Shown here in pieces: positions 7,172-16,100 of a stretch of DNA of 27,305 nucleotides. Where the stretch lies: assembly GCA_016839945.1 (NCBI GenBank), contig JAEOTE010000060.1, forward strand, positions 1 to 27,305, written 5' to 3'. Under the pieces are notes generated by a model. The model was not told where the DNA came from and did no database searches. It was given only the letters and a program-made list of their open reading frames with translations. Origin of the DNA: Candidatus Heimdallarchaeota archaeon. Its GTDB lineage: Archaea; Asgardarchaeota; Heimdallarchaeia; Heimdallarchaeales; Heimdallarchaeaceae. How positions within the stretch are numbered: the stretch's first letter is position 1; every line of letters begins with the position of its first letter. The translations under genes and the position numbers were made by a program.

Positions 7172-10100
7172 TTTTCTTACTCCTATTTTCGATTTCACAA
7201 TAGCTGATAGAGTAATTCGTTGAAGTTTTATTTTCTAGTTTAAAGGAAGAGGATTCATATGGTATAGTTTCTTTGATAGTCTTTGAGAAATTAACGCGAT
7301 AATTTTCACTTTTCTTTTCTTTGAAGATTTCAACATCATGAAGACTTAAGTGTAATCCTTCACCAAGCGCTTTAGTAATAGCTTCTTTAATTGTCCAATA
7401 AACAGTTCCAAGATTTTCATCATTAGAGATGATTTCTCTTTCCTTTTCAGTAAATGCTTCCTTGTAGAAACCTTCATTCCTGTGTTCTATTCTTTCTATA
7501 TCTATTCCAACAAGTTTTTCACTTAATGTAGAGATTGCAAAGTCCCCTGCATGGGATATTGATAGATGTAAGTCACTTCTTTTTCCTTCCTTTTTATCAA
7601 AGATATATGGTTGACCTTTTGACATTTTTCTGACTTCAATTTCAAGAAGCACATCAGGATTTTCTTTGATTTCAGAATAGAGATCCTTAGTAGCTATAAC
7701 TCCGGATAGATACTCAATCTTTCGTTTTTTGTTTTTAATCTTATCAAATGAGGTTTTTTCAGTTGGTGATAGATATTTTAAAACAACTTCTGGTTCATTT
7801 GACAAATAATTTGAGACTGTTTTAATGGGAACAACTTTCATCTTCTTTTCAATCAAGTTTGAGGAAATCTCCCAATATTCTCTTAACTGATCTTCCTTTT
7901 CAGAGTTTGGTGATTCTTTTTGATAAGCCAATTGTGTATGAATAAGTGCTAATTCCTTAAGTTGAATTATTACATACTTATTCTCATCCAAAACTTCTAC
8001 ATCATAATAGCTATGAGTTTCATCTTTAGATTTGAATTTTGAAACAACATACTTGGGTGAAACTTTGCTTATTATTCTTAATTGTTTAATTTTGGATGGT
8101 AAAGAGGTCTTCTTATTAATAAGGTAATCATATAATCCAGCTGTCTGAAGCGCTGCTTCTATAGTTAGAGGATTAAGACTTTCTTCATAGTTTGGAATTG
8201 AAAATAGTTTTTCTTCAGGGATGTAAACTTTAGCTATAGCTTTCTCTCCAGTAAGCTCAACTAGTTCCTCTAATACTTGAAAGCTCTTTCCATGGAAGAA
8301 AACTGAGTAAATATCTTCCTTTGAAAGTAATTCGATCTTCTTTTCGTTTATCGATATCTTACTTCTTTTTCTACGTAGTTTCTTTGAACTAGCTCTAATT
8401 TCTGTAGTAAAATGCTCTGTTTCTACTTTTCTCTTTTCTTTGATTTTTGGGAAGAAATCAGACTTTAGTTTCATTCTCTCTTGTTTAACATCATATTCAA
8501 CATAAACCTCTTTAGACTGAACTCCTCTCTGTTTTATGGCAGTTTTGAATTCAATGTTTTCAAATGTATCAGGATTCTTTCCATTCACTAAAGAGTACAT
8601 CTCAGCAAACATCTCTAAACCCATCACTCCTGGAAAAATTGGAATTCCTTGTATTTGGTGATCTTTCAGATAGAGATCTATATTAGAATTAATAGCATAA
8701 TCACCACGATATATAGGTTCATGATATTCCATACCATGCATCATTGGATATTTGCTATCGGTTAATTTTGTTTGAGAAGGGATTAATTTATCAAATGGAC
8801 CTAATCCACAAGAAACAACAACTTCATTGTTTTCTTTATTTACAAAGAGTTTAACGAAAGTTTCTATTCCTCTGTTAAGAGGGATTGGTTCTAAACCTTG
8901 AGCTTTAAGAATTTCAAGAATTGATCCACGTGTAGCCATTCCAATTTGTCCCCAAGCTGACCAATCACATGCTATAGATGATATCCCTTGTTGATCAAGC
9001 ATCCAACAAAGTCTTGAGAGATATCCATTAGCATAGGAATAATCAACTTGACCAGGATTGCCAAATCTTCCAGCAATCGAAGTGAAACAAACCAACCTTT
9101 TCAATTTCTTTTGATTTACCGCATTTAGAATATTCCAGATTCCTTCAACTTTAACTGAAACGATAAGTTTAGAGAAATCAAATTTCTTCTTCTTAAATTG
9201 CTTTGATTCTTCTAGTCCAGCTCCATGAACAATGTGAGTAATTTCTGAGTCAAACTTCTTTTCAATTTTCTTGATAGCTTGTTTTACATCATTCTTTTTA
9301 GTAACATCAACTCTATAGTAATCCGCTTGAATACTCATTTTTTCGAGTATTTGGAGATTTTGAAGAACCTCAACACCAAATTGATATTGATTCCAATGTC
9401 TATCAATTAAAACAGGAGTAACTTTCTCTTCACTTTCTTTGAGTTTCTCAATAAGCTTCTGTTTTTTCTCCTTTAAATCATCTTCTGATAAGTTCAAATC
9501 CTCTTTACTAACTTTTGAGACATCTTCTATACCAAGGATAGCAACTTTAGGTTTTGAAATAGAGCATACAGCTTCTAGACATTTGAAGGTAATTCCCCGA
9601 CCTCCACCAGTTACAAGGAGTATATCATCTTTGTCAAGTTTAATTTCTGAAACAGAAGGAATCATATCATAAACAGATGAAAGAGATAAAGTATAACGTA
9701 GAGAGTTTTTGAATGAGATTTCAATGTTTTCATCCCAATATTCTAACTCCTCTAAAACCTCATTGATTTTGTCTGAATATACATGTTTAACCTTAATTTC
9801 AAACTCATGACCTAATGTTTTTATGAATCCAGAAACTCCTCCAGAGAGGGGATAAGAATCTCTTTCGAAACCAAAGAATTTCTCAGTTGAAATTACAAAT
9901 ATTCGTTGACTTGAATTTAGGTTTAGTGATTGAAAGAGTTTAAACAATCTTTCGTAATAGCTTTGATCAACGTATCCTGGATCATTGTTTAAATCTGGTA
10001 AAACTAGAATAAAATTATCATACTCTTTTTTACCAGTTTTATCAAAGGAAATCTCTTCTATATCTATTTTATCAAAATCAATTCCTTTTCTTACAAAGTC

Positions 10101-13100
10101 CTTCATAAGGAACCTAGTGAAGAAGGAATCAAAATTGATAATAGCATTTGAATGAGTGGTTAAATCTATTTTTTCCACATTATCTTTATCTAATGGGACA
10201 AGAGTTGGGACTAGTCTTTCAATTCTCAAAATATCTTCTTCTATTTTGTCCTCAATTACTTTAGGTTTTTCTATTTCTTGTTTTACAGTTTCAGTCTTCT
10301 CTTTTACTGTATTTTTTGAAATATATTCAACTATGTCATTGATTGTTCTAAATTCTGCTAAACTTACTGATTCATCTAAAGGTAAACTAAATTCATCTCT
10401 AATTTCACCAAATATCTCTGCTTGCTTGATTGTATCAATTCCTAGATCTTCTTCAAGATCCATCTCATTATCTATTAATTCAGGCTCGTACCCAGTAGTT
10501 CTTGAGACAACATTTTTTACAACCTCATTAAGTCCTAAACCTGATGGTTTTTCTTCTTTTACTTCAACTTCCTCTACTTTAGATATAATCTGCGTATTTT
10601 GTTGGATATAAGCTGCAATTTTTTCAGGTGTAGTGAAATCAGCTAGACTAACTGTTTCATCAAGTTCCAGATTCCATTTTTCTCTCACAGTCCCAAAGAT
10701 CTCAGCTTGTTTTACAGTATCGATTCCTAGATCTTCTTCAAGGTTCATGTCAGCTTCAATTAAACTTGGTTCATATCCAGTTTTTTCAGCAATCTCTCTT
10801 ATCACAACACTTAGAATATCAGAAGCAGGTTCTGAAGGAACTAATTCTTTTGTGGCTTGAATTTGTTTAATCTCTTCTAAGGAACTTTGTTCTAATTTAA
10901 GGACTCTTCCTTCTGTGAAAATTCCCTCTCTGGTTCCACTTATAGAGTTCAACCATTTTTCATATGAAATATTATCAAAACGATTTTCAAAGGTATTGAG
11001 TCTGAATGCAACAAAAGCTATTTGTGAACCAAATCCAGCAGCTAAACGAATTGCATATTGCATTCTTTGATTAAAACCTCTTGAGAAATTCAAATCAGTA
11101 AATTTAGGATCTATTTCTTTGATATTAGCTATAGGAGGGACTATTCCTTTTTCCATTGATTTTATTGCTAAAACTTCTTCAATTCCAGCCCCCATAGGGT
11201 GTCCAGTATAGCCTTTTGTATTCATAATAATCATTTTTGAAGCATTTGAACCGAAAACTTTTCTGAGTGATTCTATCTCTGCTTCTGCACTTCCTCCTCT
11301 AGCAGGAGTATAAGTTTCATGTGAGACAAACATACCCTCAGTTGCAATACTATCTCTTGAGATACCATGTTGTTTTTCTATGTTCTTTACAAATGTATCA
11401 AAGAGTTTAGCAATATGATTCACATCCAATCTTGAACCATGAAATGCACTATTTGCGAACTGAGTTCCAATAATGTCGACGATTGGTTTAACTCCTCTTT
11501 CCTGATAAGCTTCTTCTTTTTCCAATACTAATCCAGCTGCAGCTGATCCAATTACAAGTCCATGTCTATCTTTGCCAAAGGGAATAGCAGCTTCCTCCAC
11601 ATTTTTCTTTGTAGATACACCTCCAGCAGCTAGGAATCCAGCACCAATCCAAGGGAGTAGGTTTTCACTAGAAGCATCATCAGCTGCAACCACTATTACT
11701 CTCTCACATCTACCTGTTTTTATCCAATCTTCTGCAATCCCAATTGCTTGAGTTGTTGAAGCACAGGCAGCATTTATTTGTGTATTTGGTCCTTTAGCTT
11801 TTATCATCTGAGCAAATTGAGAATGTCCCATAGATAAAATTCTAAATAGGAATTCTCTACTAAATTGTCTTTCTTCTTTTGTTGTTAGACCTTCAGTAAC
11901 CTCTTTAATTAGTTGATCATATCCTGGAAAAGCTGAAGCAAAAACTATACCTGTAGTTTCTTGAAGATTTGCTGGTAACGCCCATTCTCCTTCCAAGATT
12001 TTACCTGTTGATGTTTTTATCTTAGACCTTACTAAGGGAATTCCAGCGTCTTTAAGAGCTTCAAGTCCAGCACAGATTGCAAGTTGAAAAGTTATATCTA
12101 ATGCATTCAAAAATTTAGGATTGATACCATAGTCGTTTATTGGGTCAAACTTTCCAATTTGTCCAGCAATCTGAATTACTTTTGATAAATCATCAATATT
12201 TTCAAATGATGCATTTCCATCTGCAGACTTTACTAATCGAACAATGTTCTTATCTAAAATTTCTTTCTTTAGCTCATCATCAATCTCGTCAATTAGGTTG
12301 ACTCCACTTAACAAGAGACTTATATTTTCATCATCAAAGACATTCCTGTTTTTTCCAGGAATCCCCATTCCCACTCCTGTTACACCTATAGAACTAGACA
12401 CTAATTCAACTGAAGAATAACTTAGGGATTTTTTATCTACACCAGTATAAGTTGAATATAACTCATACCCTTTTCTTAAGAAATCATGAAGTTGATCCCT
12501 ATTACGTAGAATGTATTGGTTGAAGTCCATATCAGCTGCTGGTTTAATAATTTCCTTCCTTGGAATAATTTGTTCTTCAACTTTCTTAGGTTGCATCTTT
12601 CGTTGAACTATCAGCTCTTTTATTTGATCAATAGTTTGAGATAATTTCTCATCTTCTTTTTCTTTAGGAGTTAGCGTATATAATACTTGAATATCTTTTT
12701 CTTGTTTGAGAATATCCTTAGCAAAAGAGAAGAGAGCTTTCTTTGGACCAACTTCTACAAATATCCTTCCACCATCCTTGTATATATTCTCAATTTCCTC
12801 TACCCATTTAACTGAAGAACAAATCTGCTCTATTAACAGATTCTGAATTAACTCTGGTTGAGATGGGTATTCCATTCCAGTTACATTACTATAAACATCA
12901 ATTTTAGGAGGATTGAATGTTAATCCTAGAAGAACTTTCTTCATTTCTTCCTCTACTTGCTTGACAATGCCAGAATGAAAAGCTGTAGAAACACGTAGTT
13001 TTTTAGCAGTTATACCTTGTTTACTAGCTTCTTCAATAAGGGTTTCAATTCCAGAAAGACTTCCAGAAACAACAGTTTGATTTATTGAATTATAATTGGC

Positions 13101-16100
13101 AATTGTTACATATTCTTTTTTAACAGAATCAACAAGTTCCTCAACTTGTTTAATTGGTGCTAATACTGCTGCCATCGCTCCTTCAGCTTCCTTCCCTGCT
13201 TTACTCATTGACCTTCCTCTTTCAATGACTGCTTTTAATCCATCACTAAAAGAAAGTACACCTGCAGCAACAAGAGCTGCATATTCACCTAGACTGTGAC
13301 CAGCAACAATTGAAGGTGAAATGCCATGTTCTCGCAGATATCTGTAAATTGCAATATCAACTACAAACAAAGCTGGTTGTGTAAATTTAGTATCAGTTAA
13401 TCTTTGAGAACTAGCTTCTTGAGTTAAATCTTCAGAACCAAAGATAATCTCCTTTAAACTGAAGGTACAATATTCAAACCATATATTTTCAGCTTCCTCA
13501 AATGTATCTGCAACAATTTTAGATGTTTCACATAAATTCTGAAGCATTCCTAAATATTGACTTCCTTGACCTGTAAACATGAAACATATTGGATTTTCTT
13601 CAGAATCTTCTAGAGTTGCTATGCTCTTTGGTACTGCAGCTGTTTGAACACTTGAGATTTTAGCTTCATGAATGTAATCTGTTTTTTGAGGATCATATTC
13701 TTCAAGAATTGCATGATAATTTGTTCCTCCAAATCCAAATGAAGAGACTCCAGCTCGTCTAATCTCTTGTGAATCAACTTTCCATTCCAAAGGTTCAGTA
13801 TTGACATAAAAAGGAGATTCTTCCCAATTAATTCTTGGATTGAGTTTTTCAACATTAATAGATGGAGGTAGTATTTTATTATGAATAGCTAAAGATGTTT
13901 TGATAAGAGCTGCTACACCTGCTGCACTTTTTAGATGACCAATTTGACTTTTGATTGAACCAATAGCTAATTTTTCTTTTCTTCCTTCATCTTTGAAAAT
14001 TTCTTCTAGAACTTGTAACTCCACTGCATCCCCAACAGTTGTAGATGTCCCATGTGCTTCAATAAGCTGAATATCAGTTGTATCCAACTTAGCTTTATCT
14101 AATGCTCTTAGAACAGACTGTTTTTGTCCATCTGGATTAGGAGCGGTAATTCCTTTCCCTTTTCCATCTGAAGAAGATCCTATAGCTGAGATTATTGAAT
14201 ATATTTTATTCCCATCTCTTATCGCATCTTCTAATCTTTTCAGAACTAGAAAACCACAACCTTCTCCCATAACAAATCCATCTGCTTTCTCATCAAAAGG
14301 TCTTGAACCTTCAGCAGATAAAGCACCAATTTTACTGAATTTTACATATGATGTAACATCCATTGATCTATCTGCTCCTCCAACCAGAACAACATCGAAA
14401 TCATGTGTCTTTAGAGCATTAACAGCTGTATCTAAAGATGCTACACTTGATGCACAAGCTGCATCTGTAGTCATCGACTTCCCTGTAAGATTGTAGATAT
14501 TAGCTATCCGTCCTGCAATTACATTAGATAATTCTCCTGGCATAGAATCTTCTGTTATTGTAGGAAACTTACTCTTGTATGAGGTTCTCAGTTTTTCGAT
14601 AAAAGCATCTTGATCTTCTTTGGATAATTGATCAAATATCTCATTCTGTTTGATTTCTTGAATTATTTCTGGAACGAAAATTCTTCTATTTGTAGAACGT
14701 TGAATTTCACCACCTATTGCATTACCTACAATTACTGCGATTGGTAATCGATTCTTTCCATCAGTTGGAATCCCTGCATCTCTTAAAGCCTGACCTGCAG
14801 CGTCTAGAGACCATTGTTGAACAGCATCCATTTTATTTGCAATAGTTGGTGGAATCCTATATTCAATTGAATTAAATTTGTAGTCTTTTATGAAAGAACC
14901 AATTTTTGAATAAGTTTTATCTTCTGCTTTAGGATCAGCATCATAATAAAGCTCTGGCTCCCATCTTTCATGAGGAATTTCTGTAATGGAATATTTTTTA
15001 TTAACAATATTTTGCCAGTAAGTTTCGATATTTGGAGAATCAGGAAAGATACATCCTAATCCAATAATAGCAACTCGACCTTCAATGATTGTCTGATCAG
15101 CTGTTTCAATTGAAGAATCTCCAATCTCTAGACTTTCGATTAGCTTTCTTAAATCAATGATTGTTTTTGAAAGGTAATTCTTTCCAGCTTCAACTACATC
15201 AAAATGGAGATCATCAATTCTGATAACGTTTCTTTTAATACTTGCTATCTCTCCTGTCATGAAACAACCTAGTGCTTCGTGTTCTTTCTTAGTTACAGGA
15301 ATAAATTGAGTTGTTTCACCACCAGGAACATGATCGTGATTCCATTTTTCACCCTTAGTTGCAATCCTTAATGCTCCAAGATTATCTTTCTCAAATTCCT
15401 TTTTCCTTTTTGAAATTGGTTGTTTATCTCTTAATCTTTCAAATTCCTTTTCATTTGTAGTATCAACAAAAGCAGTTGGTAAAACCCTTGCTCTTGTATT
15501 GACTGTTGTCCCTATAACTTTGGTTTTGAAAGAGTTTAGTATTTTTTCTTGGTATATTAAGGAAAGTGCTTTTGTTCTAACAATTTCTTCTGTGAATAGA
15601 TATGCTGTTCCAATTTGTAGAGCTGGTGTAATGACATCTAAATGAGTTCCTATCATAGCAGCAATCATTGAAGATCCTAATTCATCCCCTATTCCACCTG
15701 CGAAAATAACATTTACTTTTTCCCTTATATCAGCTCTAATACTGTCGGTATATTGCAGTATTCTTTCCCAAAGAGTTAATGATGTCTGAGTACCAATATG
15801 TCCTCCACATTCACTTCCTTCTAAGATTAGGTTATTTATGTTATTCTTAATTGCATCCTTAAATAGCGAGAGTGCTGGAGTATGAAGGAGTGTTTTAAAA
15901 CCAAGCTTCTTTATTCTTGAAGCTAAATTTACAGTTCCAGCTGCAACAAGACATATAGGAGTTTCATATTTCTTAAGTAAAGCAATGTGTTCTTCTCTTC
16001 TATCTTTCATTAAATTTAGTCCAATTATTCCTCCTCCATATGAATAACTTGGAGCAACTGTTTTCTTGATTTCAACAAAAAGCTCTTCAGCTTCTTCTTT

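Noticed and set aside
10311-10823. Synthase as a decaying pseudogene because the ACP Ser is missing
   Set aside because: The 10-kb ORF is intact, other catalytic residues are retained, and both ACPs have Thr with different codons.
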